A DNA stretch of 54,791 bases from Armatimonadota bacterium. GTDB lineage: Bacteria > Armatimonadota > Zipacnadia > Zipacnadales > UBA5352. A program made the translations under genes and the position numbers. The stretch is taken from NCBI GenBank assembly GCA_034722055.1, contig JAYENL010000278.1, forward strand, positions 1 to 54,791, written 5' to 3'. The notes beneath the pieces were generated by a model. That model searched no databases. It saw only the letters and a list, made by a program, of their open reading frames with translations, and was not told the DNA's origin. Every line of letters starts with the position of its first letter. Positions within the stretch are counted from its first letter, which is position 1. This document shows positions 36,755-47,660 of this stretch, in pieces.

Positions 36755-38669
36755 CGACATTCAGTCGCCGGCGGATCTCAAGGGGCTGAGGGCCTCGGAG
36801 CTGGAGTCGCTGGCGCGACAGATACGAGAGCGCATCATCGACAGCGTCTCCAAGACTGGCGGCCACCTGGCCTCGAACCTGGGTGTGGTGGAGCTCACGC
36901 TGGCGCTGCACGCGGTGCTCGACAGCCCCAGGGACAAGATCATCTGGGACGTCAGCCACCAGTGCTACACGCACAAGCTGCTGACGGGGCGACAGGGGGA
37001 CTTCGGCACGCTCCGGCAGCATGGTGGGCTGGCGGGCTTCACCAAGCGCGATGAGAGCGAGCACGATCAGTTCGGGGCCGGCCACGGCAGCACTTCGATC
37101 TCGGCGGCGCTGGGCTTCGCCAAGGCCCGCGACCTGCGTGGCTCGGACGAGCGGATCGTGGCGGTCATCGGCGACGGGGCGCTCACCGGCGGGCTGGCGT
37201 TCGAGGGCCTCAACGCGGTCGGGCACCTGGGCGCGGACATGACGGTGGTGCTCAACGACAACGAGATGAGCATCGCGCGCAACGTCGGCGCGCTCTCGGG
37301 GCACCTGGCGTTGCTGCGCGCGAACGTCACCCCCACCATCCGGCGCGCCCGGGAGGACCTCATCCGGATGTTCGAGCGGCTGCCCATGGGGCAGTCCATG
37401 GTGCTGGCCATGGACCGCTTCCGTGACGGCGTGAAGGGCATGGTCATCCCGGGGATGCTCTTCGAGTACCTGGGCTTGACCTACCTGGGGCCCATCGACG
37501 GGCACGATATCCTGCACCTGATTGAGATCCTGGAGCAGTCGGTGCGCCTGCCGGGTCCGGTGCTGGTGCATGTGGTGACCACCAAGGGCAAGGGGTATGA
37601 GCCGGCGGAGGAGGACCCGCGCAGCTTCCACAGCGCGCCGCGCTTTGACGTGGAGAGCGGGCGCCCGCTGCGCACGCGAGAGGCGCCCACCTACAGCGCG
37701 GTGTTCGGGGAGACGCTGTGCCAGCTCGCGGGTGATGATGAGAGGATCGTCGCCATCACGGCGGCGATGCTTGACGGCACCGGCGTGGAGGCCTTCAATC
37801 GGCGCTATCCCAGCCGAACCTTCGATGTGGGCCTGGCCGAGGAGCATGCAGTGACCTTCGGAGCGGGCCTGGCAGCGGCCGGCATGAGGCCGGTGGTGGC
37901 CGTCTACTCCACCTTCCTGCAGCGCGCCTACGACCAGATTATCCACGACGTCTGCCTGCAGAACCTGCCGGTGGTCTTCGCACTGGACCGGGGCGGGCTG
38001 GTGGCCGGCGACGGCCCCACGCATCACGGGGTCTTCGACCTGGCGTATATGCGGCACATCCCGGGCATGACCGTGATGGCTCCGCGGGACGAGGCCGAGC
38101 TGGGGGACATGCTGGTCACGGCGCTGGCGCTGGAGTCGCCGGTCAGCCTCCGCTACCCGCGGGGCGAGGGAGAGGGCGTGGAGCTGACCCGGGAGCCGGA
38201 GGCTCTGGAGATCGGCAGGGCCGAGGTCATGCGCGAGGGAGACGACCTCGCGATCCTGGCGGTGGGGCCGATGGCCCACCGCGGGCTGGAGGCGGCTGAC
38301 GCCCTGGCCGGGGAGGGGATCGAGGCCGCAGTGGTCAACGCGCGCTTCGTGAAGCCCCTCGACGAGGGCCTGATCGAGGAGCTGGCGGAGCGCACCGGGC
38401 GCCTGGTGACGGTCGAGGAGGGTGTGCTGGCTGGCGGCTTCGGCTCGGCGGTGCTGGAGTTGCTGTCCGCGCGTGGCCTGGACGACGTCCACGTGGCGAG
38501 GCTGGGGATCGGCGACGAGTTTGTGGAGGCCGGCGACCCGGAGATACTGCTGGCCCAGTGGTCGCTGACGGCCGAGGGGATCGCCGCGGCGGCCAGGGAC
38601 CTGATTGCCGCTGCTGGCGAGAGCCGAGAGCCATCCTGGGGCGCCAGAGGCCCCATGGCAAGGTCGTGA
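36738..38669 (+). CDS. dxs: 1-deoxy-D-xylulose-5-phosphate synthase
   Basis: GGHLASNLGVVELT, WDVSHQCYTHK, GDGALTGG, NDNEMSI, DVG.AE.HAV, YSTFLQRAYDQ, DGPTHHG. Exact start uncertain (36732-36744). Confidence 0.97.
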   Translation: MTVRLDDIQSPADLKGLRASELESLARQIRERIIDSVSKTGGHLASNLGVVELTLALHAVLDSPRDKIIWDVSHQCYTHKLLTGRQGDFGTLRQHGGLAGFTKRDESEHDQFGAGHGSTSISAALGFAKARDLRGSDERIVAVIGDGALTGGLAFEGLNAVGHLGADMTVVLNDNEMSIARNVGALSGHLALLRANVTPTIRRAREDLIRMFERLPMGQSMVLAMDRFRDGVKGMVIPGMLFEYLGLTYLGPIDGHDILHLIEILEQSVRLPGPVLVHVVTTKGKGYEPAEEDPRSFHSAPRFDVESGRPLRTREAPTYSAVFGETLCQLAGDDERIVAITAAMLDGTGVEAFNRRYPSRTFDVGLAEEHAVTFGAGLAAAGMRPVVAVYSTFLQRAYDQIIHDVCLQNLPVVFALDRGGLVAGDGPTHHGVFDLAYMRHIPGMTVMAPRDEAELGDMLVTALALESPVSLRYPRGEGEGVELTREPEALEIGRAEVMREGDDLAILAVGPMAHRGLEAADALAGEGIEAAVVNARFVKPLDEGLIEELAERTGRLVTVEEGVLAGGFGSAVLELLSARGLDDVHVARLGIGDEFVEAGDPEILLAQWSLTAEGIAAAARDLIAAAGESREPSWGARGPMARS

Positions 38670-38686
38670 CAGGGAGTGGTCACGAG

Positions 38687-40171
38687 ATGGATACCCGAAG
38701 GATGAGGCGCTGGTGCGCACCTCTGATGGTGGCGGCGCTGGCCGCGGCCTGCTGCTGCGCATGGGCCCAGGAGGAAGACCCGGTGCTGGCGGAGTTCAAC
38801 CAGGGCCTGGAGCACTACGAGCAGGGCCGGCTTGAGGAGGCACGGGACGCCTTCAAGGCGGCGCTTCAGGCGCGTGCCGATGATCCCACGATCTTGTGCT
38901 GGTTGGGCTCTGTGTCGCTGCAGCTCGGTGAGACCGAGGCGGCCATCCAGCACCTGACCAGGGCCATCGAGCTGGACCCGAAGTACGCCGTGAGCTACAA
39001 CAACCTCGGCAATGCCTACCTGGCGGCCGGCGAGATGGCGAAGGCCGAGGAGATGTACACGAAGGCCCTGGAGAAGGACCCCCAGTACCTGGATGCCCAA
39101 TACAACCTTGCGAATCTCTACGCACGCCAGGAGCAGTACGAGAAGGCCTTCAATGCCTACAACCGGGCGCTGGAGATCGCCCCTGAGGACTTGGAGACGC
39201 ATGTCTCATTCGGCCACGCCCTGCGCAAGATCGGCGATACCGAGAAGGCCATCCGGGAGTTCGAGGCGGCTCGGAAGATCGCCCCCGACGACACGTCGGT
39301 GCTGACGGTGCTGGGGACACTCTACGTGAAGACCGGCGATACTGAGGCGGCGACGAAGGCTTACGAGGCCGCGCTGGCCGATGACCCGGAGATCGTGGAG
39401 GCGCACGTGGGCCTGGGGCTTGCGCTCTACAATGCCGGCAAGTACGCAGAGGCCGTGGAGCACTGGCGGACGGCGGCGGAGCTGGATAACACCAGCTTCG
39501 CGGCGCGCTACAACATGGGCCTGGCCCACGCAGCCATGGGAGACTACGCGAAGGCCGCCGAGGCCTACGGCGAGGCGCTGAAGATCCGGCCGGACGACGC
39601 CAACGCCCTCAACAACCTCGGCTGGGCGCTGTACGAGCAGGACAGGGCGGAGGAGGCGGCGGGGTACTTCCGCCAGGCCATTGCCGCGAACCCCGACCTG
39701 AAGGTGTCGCATCTGAACCTGGCGCTGGCTCTGGAGAAGGCCGGCAAGAAGGACGAGGCGCTGGCGCAGTGGCAGGACGCGGTCAGCCGCTTCCCGGAGA
39801 TGGTCGCCGCCCACTGTGGGCTGGGGAACCTCTACTACGAGCGGGGCCAGTTCGATGAGGCGCTGCAGGAGTATTCCCGCACTCTGGCGCTTGAGCCTGA
39901 GAACCTGGAGGCACATAACAACGCCGGGCTCATCTATTACAGCCGCGAGAATCTCACTGAGGCCATCGTGCACTTCCGCGCCGCCCTGAAGGCCGACGCC
40001 AACTACGTGTATGCCCTCAACAATCTGGGGGCGGCGCTGGAGAAGCAGGGCGACCTGGACGCGGCGTTGGAGAACTACCGCAAGGTCCTGGAGATTGAGC
40101 CTGACTACGCACCGGCGAAGCGGAACGTCGAGCGCCTGGAGCGGAAGCTGGGACAGACGGAGGGGCAATAG
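38687..40171 (+). CDS. Exported tetratricopeptide repeat protein
   Basis: Signal peptide (AWA|QE) then about a dozen 34-aa TPR units (e.g. YNNLGNAY, ALNNLG). Confidence 0.92.
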   Translation: MDTRRMRRWCAPLMVAALAAACCCAWAQEEDPVLAEFNQGLEHYEQGRLEEARDAFKAALQARADDPTILCWLGSVSLQLGETEAAIQHLTRAIELDPKYAVSYNNLGNAYLAAGEMAKAEEMYTKALEKDPQYLDAQYNLANLYARQEQYEKAFNAYNRALEIAPEDLETHVSFGHALRKIGDTEKAIREFEAARKIAPDDTSVLTVLGTLYVKTGDTEAATKAYEAALADDPEIVEAHVGLGLALYNAGKYAEAVEHWRTAAELDNTSFAARYNMGLAHAAMGDYAKAAEAYGEALKIRPDDANALNNLGWALYEQDRAEEAAGYFRQAIAANPDLKVSHLNLALALEKAGKKDEALAQWQDAVSRFPEMVAAHCGLGNLYYERGQFDEALQEYSRTLALEPENLEAHNNAGLIYYSRENLTEAIVHFRAALKADANYVYALNNLGAALEKQGDLDAALENYRKVLEIEPDYAPAKRNVERLERKLGQTEGQ

Positions 40172-40181
40172 CGAGGCTGAG

Positions 40182-41060
40182 ATGGGCGATCCGATCCGGC
40201 GAGTGGGGATCATCACCGCGCTGCACAAGCCGCGCGCCAAGGACGCCACCTGCAGGGCCGTGGCGGTGCTGGAGGAGGCGGGCGCCGAGGTGGTGGTGGC
40301 TGAGACGCTGGCGGAGGCCTGCTCGCTGGACTGCACAACCTGCGAGGATATCGTGGCCGCTCGGCCGGACCTGATGCTGGTGATGGGAGGCGACGGGACC
40401 TTCCTGTCAGCGGCCCGGATGGTGGCGCCGATCGGGGTGCCGCTGCTGGGGGTGGATTTGGGGGGCTTCGGCTTCCTGGCCGAGGAGGAGCCCGACCGGG
40501 TGCTGTCGGAGATCGACCGGGTGCTGGCCGGGGAGTTTGAGGTCGAGGAGCGGATGATGGTCCGCGTGTGCCTGCGGCGGGGGGGAGAGACCTGCGAGGA
40601 GTTCATGGGGCTCAACGACGCGGTGCTGGCGACGGGCAGCTTCCGGCGGATCGTGCGGCTGAGGGTGGAGGTCGATGGGCAGCACGTCGCGCACTTCGCC
40701 GCCGACGGGCTGATCGTGGCCACGCCCACGGGCTCGACCGCCTACTCCCTGTCGGCCGGCGGACCGATCGTTGACCCGAAGGTGGAGGCGCTGCTGCTGA
40801 CGGCCATCTGCCCGCACACTCTCACCACCAGGCCGCTGGTGGTGCGACCGGACTCGGACCTGGTGGTCACCGTCGAGCCCTCGCCGGCGCCGCAGGATGA
40901 CCTGGCGCTGACCGTTGATGGCCAGGAGACTGTGAGGGTGCGGGCCGGCGACGAGGTGGAGGTCTCACGCGCCGAGTGCCGGGCGCGGCTGGTGCAGCTT
41001 GGGCGGCGCACGTTCTACGAGCGATTGCACAGCAAGCTGCGCTGGGGCGAGGCCCGGTAG
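40182..41060 (+). CDS. nadK: NAD kinase
   Basis: GGDGTFL, GFL, LND, DGLIVATPTGSTAYSLSAGGP, PH.L..RP, DGQ. Confidence 0.96.
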   Translation: MGDPIRRVGIITALHKPRAKDATCRAVAVLEEAGAEVVVAETLAEACSLDCTTCEDIVAARPDLMLVMGGDGTFLSAARMVAPIGVPLLGVDLGGFGFLAEEEPDRVLSEIDRVLAGEFEVEERMMVRVCLRRGGETCEEFMGLNDAVLATGSFRRIVRLRVEVDGQHVAHFAADGLIVATPTGSTAYSLSAGGPIVDPKVEALLLTAICPHTLTTRPLVVRPDSDLVVTVEPSPAPQDDLALTVDGQETVRVRAGDEVEVSRAECRARLVQLGRRTFYERLHSKLRWGEAR

Positions 41061-41105
41061 CATGCCCACAGCAACCGTGCGAGGACGGGCGGACGGCGAG
41101 ATGCG

Positions 41106-42860
<1,755 letters not shown>

Positions 42861-42881
42861 TCGCAGCAGAGAGGGATGTCG

Positions 42882-43085
42882 ATGCCGAAGGTGAAGATCG
42901 ACGCGGAGCGCTGTAAGCAGTGCATGCTCTGCGTCGAGTTCTGCCCCAGGGACTGCCTGCAGGTCAGCAACGAGACCAACCTCAGAGGTTATCACCCCGT
43001 GGAGCTGACGGATGAGGAGCAGTGCACCGGGTGCGGCATCTGCGCCCTGGTGTGTCCGAGCGTGTGCATCGAGGTGTACCGATGA
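42882..43085 (+). CDS. 2[4Fe-4S] ferredoxin subunit of 2-oxoacid:ferredoxin oxidoreductase
   Basis: Two CxxCxxCxxxCP motifs; N..GYHP. Start could be 42876. Confidence 0.93.
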   Translation: MPKVKIDAERCKQCMLCVEFCPRDCLQVSNETNLRGYHPVELTDEEQCTGCGICALVCPSVCIEVYR

Positions 43086-44170
43086 CCCAGCAGGGAGAGC
43101 GCGTCTTTATCAGCGGCAATGAGGCCACCGCCGAGGGCGGGATCGCGGGCGGCTGCCGGCACTTCTTTGGCTACCCCATCACGCCGCAGAACAAGATCCC
43201 CGAGTATATGTCGGCGGAGCTGCCCAAGCTCGGCGGGGTGTATCTGCAGGCGGAGAGCGAGGTGGCGGCGATCAACATGGTCTACGGGGCGGCCGCGGCC
43301 GGCGCGCGGGTGATGACCACCTCGTCCTCGCCTGGAATCGCTCTTATGCAGGAGGGCCTGTCGTACATGCTGGGCTCGGAGCTTCCCTGCGTGCTGGTGA
43401 ACATGGTGCGGGGCGGGCCGGGGCTGGGGAACATCGGTCCGGCGCAGTCGGACTACTGGCTGGCGACGCGGGGAGCCGGTCACGGCGACGGCCGGTGCAT
43501 CACGCTCACGCCCTACTCGGTGCAGGAGTTGCACGACTTCACTGCGGGGGCTTTCGACATCGCGGACCGCTACCGCAACCCCGTGATGGTCCTGGCCGAC
43601 GCCATCCTGGCGAACATGATGGAGCCGTGCGCCCTCATCCCCCGCAGGGAGCTGCCACCGCCTGAGCGCAACTACGCGGTGGGTCCGCACGACCCGCAGG
43701 AGCGGGAGCGGAACATCGTCAACTCGCTGTGGGTGGAGTTCGACGCTATGGAGGCCGTCAACGAGCGCATCGCCGAGCGCTACCGCCGGGCGGCGGAGGA
43801 GATCACCGACTGGGGGGAGTTCGGCGCGGAGGAGCCGGAGGTGCTGCTGTGCGCCTACGGCATCTCGGCCAGGATCTGCGAGAGCGCCGTGATGCAGGCC
43901 GAGGAGCTGGGCATTCCCACGCGCCTGATCCGGCCCAAGACGGTCTTTCCCTTCCCGGCCGAGCCCATCAGAAGCTGGTCGGAGCGGGCGACGGCCGTGG
44001 TGGTGGTGGAGATGTCGATGGGGCAGTTCATTGAGGACGTCAGGCTGGCGGTGGAGGGACGCTGCCCGGTGGACCTGCTGGCTCGGACTGGGGGCAACAT
44101 GCCCAGCGTGGGCGACGTGGTCGAGAAGATACGCGAGGTGGCGCTGACGGCTGGCGCCGCCGGGGTGTGA
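43082..44170 (+). CDS. vorB: 2-oxoacid:ferredoxin oxidoreductase alpha subunit (VorB-type)
   Basis: GNEA, FFGYPITPQ, QAESEVAAINM, TSSSPG, RGGPGLGNI.PAQSDY. Confidence 0.92.
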   Translation: MTQQGERVFISGNEATAEGGIAGGCRHFFGYPITPQNKIPEYMSAELPKLGGVYLQAESEVAAINMVYGAAAAGARVMTTSSSPGIALMQEGLSYMLGSELPCVLVNMVRGGPGLGNIGPAQSDYWLATRGAGHGDGRCITLTPYSVQELHDFTAGAFDIADRYRNPVMVLADAILANMMEPCALIPRRELPPPERNYAVGPHDPQERERNIVNSLWVEFDAMEAVNERIAERYRRAAEEITDWGEFGAEEPEVLLCAYGISARICESAVMQAEELGIPTRLIRPKTVFPFPAEPIRSWSERATAVVVVEMSMGQFIEDVRLAVEGRCPVDLLARTGGNMPSVGDVVEKIREVALTAGAAGV

Positions 44171-44203
44171 CGCATCCTCGCGTGAATCGAGGAGCGCAAG
44201 TGC

Positions 44204-44986
44204 ATGGCTGAGGAGACGCTGATCAATCCGTATCCCGACGCCCTCACCGAGGTCGAGATGCGCTACTGCCCGGGGTGCACGCACGGGACGGCGCACCGCC
44301 TGGTGGCGGAGGTCATCGACGAGCTGGGAGTCAAGGACCGCACCGTGGCCATCGCGACGGTGGGCTGTTCGGTGTACGCCTATGAGTACTTCGACACGGA
44401 TGCGGTGCAGGCCGCGCACGGTCGAGGCCCGGCCGTGGCCACCGGCATCAAGCGGGTGCAGCCGGAGGCGATCGTCTTCACATATCAGGGCGACGGGGAC
44501 CTGGCCTCCATCGGCATGGCGGAGGTGGTTCATGCCGCCGCACGGGGCGAGGCCATCACCATCGTTTTCATTAACAACGCCGTCTTTGGCATGACGCAGG
44601 GGCAGATGGCGCCGACCACGCTGCTGGGGCAGAGGACCACCACCTCGCCCACGGGCCGCACGGTGGAGGCCGCCGGCTACCCCATCCGCATCTGCGAGCT
44701 GCTGGCGACGCTCCCGGGGGTCGGCTACTTGGCGCGCGAGGCGCTGACGACTCCGCCCCGCATCCGCAGCGCCAAGCGCTCCATCCGGCGGGCCTTCGAG
44801 ACGCAGGTGGCAGGCGGGGGCTTCTCGCTGGTGGAGCTGCTGAGCATCTGCCCCACGTGGTGGGGGATGGACCCGCTTGAGGCCGTGGAACACGTGGAGG
44901 AGAGAATGATCGACTACTACCCGCTGAAGGTCTTTCGGGATCGCCTCGCTGAGGAGGAGACCGGGGGAGGGGAGTCAGATGCGTGA
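44204..44986 (+). CDS. 2-oxoacid:ferredoxin oxidoreductase beta (TPP-binding) subunit
   Basis: YCPGC.HG, VGCS, HGR..A.ATG, YQGDGD, NN..FGMT.GQ.APTT, CPT.W. Confidence 0.93.
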   Translation: MAEETLINPYPDALTEVEMRYCPGCTHGTAHRLVAEVIDELGVKDRTVAIATVGCSVYAYEYFDTDAVQAAHGRGPAVATGIKRVQPEAIVFTYQGDGDLASIGMAEVVHAAARGEAITIVFINNAVFGMTQGQMAPTTLLGQRTTTSPTGRTVEAAGYPIRICELLATLPGVGYLAREALTTPPRIRSAKRSIRRAFETQVAGGGFSLVELLSICPTWWGMDPLEAVEHVEERMIDYYPLKVFRDRLAEEETGGGESDA

Positions 44987-45527
44987 GGAGCTGTTCATGG
45001 CCGGAATCGGGGGGCAGGGCGTGAACCTGGCGGGCCAGCTCGTGGCGAGGGCCGGGATGGACATCGGGCTCAACGTGTCGTGGTTCCCGATCTACAGCCC
45101 CGAGGTGCGCGGAGGCAGCTCCACCTGTACCATCGTGCTCACCGACGGTCGCGTCGCCAGCCCCACCTCGGACCATCCCACCTCCATGATCCTGATGGAC
45201 CGCACCGCGGTGCGCGACTTCGCGGACCGGCTGGCGGAGGGCGGCTTGGTGGTGATCAACAGCTCACTGGTGCCCGAGCCGCCGGACTGCGGCGACTGCC
45301 GGGTGCTGATGGTCCCGGCGAACGACATCGCGGCGGAGATCGGCAATGAGCGGACGCTGAACATGTCGCTGCTGGGCGCCTGGGCGGCTGGCACCGGAGT
45401 CATGACCGCAGAGGATGTGGCACGTTCGCTGCGCGAGATGCTTCCCGAGCGCCACCACCATCACATGCCCGATAACGAGAAGGCCCTGGCCCGCGGGGCG
45501 GACATCGGACGGAGCGCGCGGATCTGA
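44979..45527 (+). CDS. 2-oxoacid:ferredoxin oxidoreductase gamma subunit
   Basis: AGIGGQG, W.P.Y.PE.RGG, NSSL, NM..LGA, N.KA...G. Confidence 0.93.
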   Translation: MREELFMAGIGGQGVNLAGQLVARAGMDIGLNVSWFPIYSPEVRGGSSTCTIVLTDGRVASPTSDHPTSMILMDRTAVRDFADRLAEGGLVVINSSLVPEPPDCGDCRVLMVPANDIAAEIGNERTLNMSLLGAWAAGTGVMTAEDVARSLREMLPERHHHHMPDNEKALARGADIGRSARI

Positions 45528-45550
45528 GCTGCGAGGGAGAGACGGGCGGA

Positions 45551-46192
45551 ATGCTCGATCGCATAGACGAGTTTGCCGACCAGGCCCGGGAGCACCTGGA
45601 GCAGATACACCAGCGCCGGGAGGAGGCCTACACCACCTCGCGCGAGGTGGTGCAGGCGGCCTCGGCCACGATCAAGGCCGTGCACCGCCAGGAGTTCGAT
45701 CGGGCGCGGGAGCAGGTGCGGAAGACCCGCGAGCTGCACGACCGGATGCTGGCGGCGGTGCACGCGAGTCCGGAGATCGGCTACTCGGGCTTCGTGGGCG
45801 ACGCGGCGCGGGAGTACGCCGAGGCGGCGGTGGCTCTCGCGCTCATCGGGGGCAACGATCTGCCGAGCCCCGACGATATCGGCGTGGATCACGCCGACTG
45901 GCTCAATGGGCTGGGGGACGCGGTGGGCGAGCTTCGCCGGCACGTGCTGGACCTCATCCGCCGCGACGAGGTTGAGGAGGCCGAGACCTATCTGCAAATG
46001 ATGGACGAGATCCACCAGACGCTGATGAGCTTCGACTACCCCCAGGCTGTGACCAAGGGCCTCCGCGGCCGCACGGATCAGGCTCGGGGCGCCGTGGAGC
46101 GCACTCGCGGCGACCTGACCAATGCCCTGCGCCAGTCGCGCCTTGAGCGGCGCATGAGGGAGCTGGAGGAGGCGCTGGGGGAGGAGGGGTAG
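45551..46192 (+). CDS. Translin/TRAX family protein
   Basis: All-helical; REE....SR, EYAEA and WL.GLGD.VGELRR motifs typical of prokaryotic translin/TRAX homologs. Confidence 0.85.
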   Translation: MLDRIDEFADQAREHLEQIHQRREEAYTTSREVVQAASATIKAVHRQEFDRAREQVRKTRELHDRMLAAVHASPEIGYSGFVGDAAREYAEAAVALALIGGNDLPSPDDIGVDHADWLNGLGDAVGELRRHVLDLIRRDEVEEAETYLQMMDEIHQTLMSFDYPQAVTKGLRGRTDQARGAVERTRGDLTNALRQSRLERRMRELEEALGEEG

Positions 46193-46336
46193 GAGCGGCC
46201 GGCGCCGACGGAGCGACGCCATCTCCTCGGTAACGGATCAGGCCGGCTCCGCCCCGTTGGGTAGGTGCGCTGTTTGGAGGAGGGGGCCGGTCACTTGGTG
46301 CAGCCAATTCGCGGTCAACTTCGTTCGCCCTAAACC

Positions 46337-46365
46337 TTGACATGAGAGGCGCCGATCCTTATAAT
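46337..46365 (+). promoter_or_regulatory. Consensus sigma70 promoter for the repeat RNA and NYN gene
   Basis: TTGACA (46337-46342)-N17-TATAAT (46360-46365). Confidence 0.9.
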
Positions 46366-46370
46366 AATCC

Positions 46371-46451
46371 TGTATAAACTCCTCGCCATTGCGTGCAACG
46401 GCGAGTGTATTAGCTCCCCGCGGTTGCGTGCAACCGCGGGTTACTTTTTTT
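46371..46451 (+). ncRNA. Candidate ~80-nt structured RNA of two 35-nt hairpin repeats (putative RNA antitoxin/leader)
   Basis: Repeats 46371-46405 and 46406-46440 are 28/35 identical, share TTGCGTGCAAC, and differ by compensatory stem changes; they begin at the predicted start site and end in a T-tract. Confidence 0.65.
46417..46451 (+). terminator. Intrinsic terminator between promoter and NYN gene
   Basis: CCCGCGGTTG-CGTG-CAACCGCGGG perfect 10-bp stem followed by TTAC and seven T. Confidence 0.75.
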
Positions 46452-46479
46452 GCTGTAGGAACGTGGGGGTCTGATCAAG

Positions 46480-47004
46480 ATGCTCGAATCGAGAGTGATG
46501 GTATTCGTCGATGGCAGCAACTTCTACCACGGTCTGCGGGCAAACGATTTCGACACGCAGGTTGACTTTGGGGCGCTGGGGCGAGAACTTGCCGGCGCCG
46601 GACGGCAGCTCATCCGTGTCTACTACTACAACGTATCGCTTCTTCAAGACGTAGACCCTGATCGCTACGAGCGGCAGCAAGCGTTCTTCTCCGCTGTACG
46701 CGAGCAGCAGCATGTACGCCTGATCTTGGGGCGCCTCGTTCCCCGAGGGGGTACATTCGTGGAGAAGGGCGTTGACACTCAGATCGCGGTGGACATGCTC
46801 AGACACGCGTCCACTGACACCTACGATGTCGCCATTCTCGTCTCAGGGGACGGGGACCTGGCGTGCGCCTGCGAGGCGGTCGGCGAGCTGGGGAAGAACG
46901 TTGAGAACGCGTTCTTCGCGATCGGCAGGTCTCAGCAGTTGCACAACTTCTCAGACGTCTTCCACGAGATCACAGCAGAGCTTCTCGAGCGGTGCAGACC
47001 ATAG
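46480..47004 (+). CDS. NYN domain (LabA/DUF88, PIN-like fold) putative ribonuclease
   Basis: VFVDGSNF, R.YYY, EKGVD..IAVDM, ILVSGDGD, G..VE; acidic catalytic residues intact; more A/T-ending codons than neighbouring genes. Confidence 0.93.
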   Translation: MLESRVMVFVDGSNFYHGLRANDFDTQVDFGALGRELAGAGRQLIRVYYYNVSLLQDVDPDRYERQQAFFSAVREQQHVRLILGRLVPRGGTFVEKGVDTQIAVDMLRHASTDTYDVAILVSGDGDLACACEAVGELGKNVENAFFAIGRSQQLHNFSDVFHEITAELLERCRP

Positions 47005-47178
47005 CGGCAGCAGGGCCGATTCTGCAATATTGGCGAAGGACGCCGCCTACCTGTTTTCGCTGCCCGCTGCCTCCGACGCGGGGGCGACGTCTGGCTTGGC
47101 GTCGGTTCGAGCGCTTGCAGCAGCCGAGGCCGTTCCTTCGCAGGCCACGTGGGGCGTGTGCGTGGGAGAATCGAGGTC

Positions 47179-47207
47179 TTGACTTCGGCACTGGGATAGG
47201 CTATCAT
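47179..47207 (+). promoter_or_regulatory. Putative sigma70 promoter of rplU-rpmA-obgE
   Basis: TTGACT-N17-TATCAT. Confidence 0.7.
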
Positions 47208-47295
47208 ACTGATAAGCAGTTGATGGCGCGGGCGTCCGCGCTATCGACTGTTTGTTTTGCCCTTTGTGGTCGGGAGCGTAGTGAGGGAGCAGGTC

Positions 47296-47610
47296 ATGTA
47301 CGCGATAGTGGAGGTCGGCGGCCGGCAGCACATGGTGCAGCCGGATCAGGTCGTGAAAGTGGATCGGCTGGCCAACGAGACCGGCGAGGAGATCGAGCTC
47401 GACAGGGTCCTCGCGATCCGCGACGAGGAGAGCGGGCTGCGTGTGGGCCGGCCGTATCTGGCTAACGCCGCCGTGAAGGCCCGCGTGGTGCAGCAGGGCC
47501 GCGAGCGGAAGATCATCGTCCGGAAGTTCCGGGCCAAGAAGCGCTACCGGCGGAAGATCGGCCACCGGCAGCACTTCACGGCGCTGGAGATCATGGACAT
47601 CGCCGGCTGA
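47296..47610 (+). CDS. rplU: 50S ribosomal protein L21
   Basis: MYAIVE.GG.Q, VG.PY, KF..KK.YRRK.GHRQ.FT. Confidence 0.97.
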   Translation: MYAIVEVGGRQHMVQPDQVVKVDRLANETGEEIELDRVLAIRDEESGLRVGRPYLANAAVKARVVQQGRERKIIVRKFRAKKRYRRKIGHRQHFTALEIMDIAG

Positions 47611-47660
47611 GCGGCCAACGCTGAGAGCACGCAATCTTTACATACAGGGAGCTGGCAGAG

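Noticed and set aside
46371..46440. Tandem 35-nt palindromic repeats as a mini-CRISPR array
   Set aside because: The repeats abut with no spacer and there are no cas genes; better explained as a structured leader or antitoxin RNA.
46193..47160. Target-site duplication around the NYN module
   Set aside because: Only weak GC-rich similarity (CCGACG...GCGACG) on the two sides; not distinguishable from chance.
47208..47295. Possible L21 leader RNA
   Set aside because: I could not identify a convincing conserved structure by eye; it needs an Infernal search.
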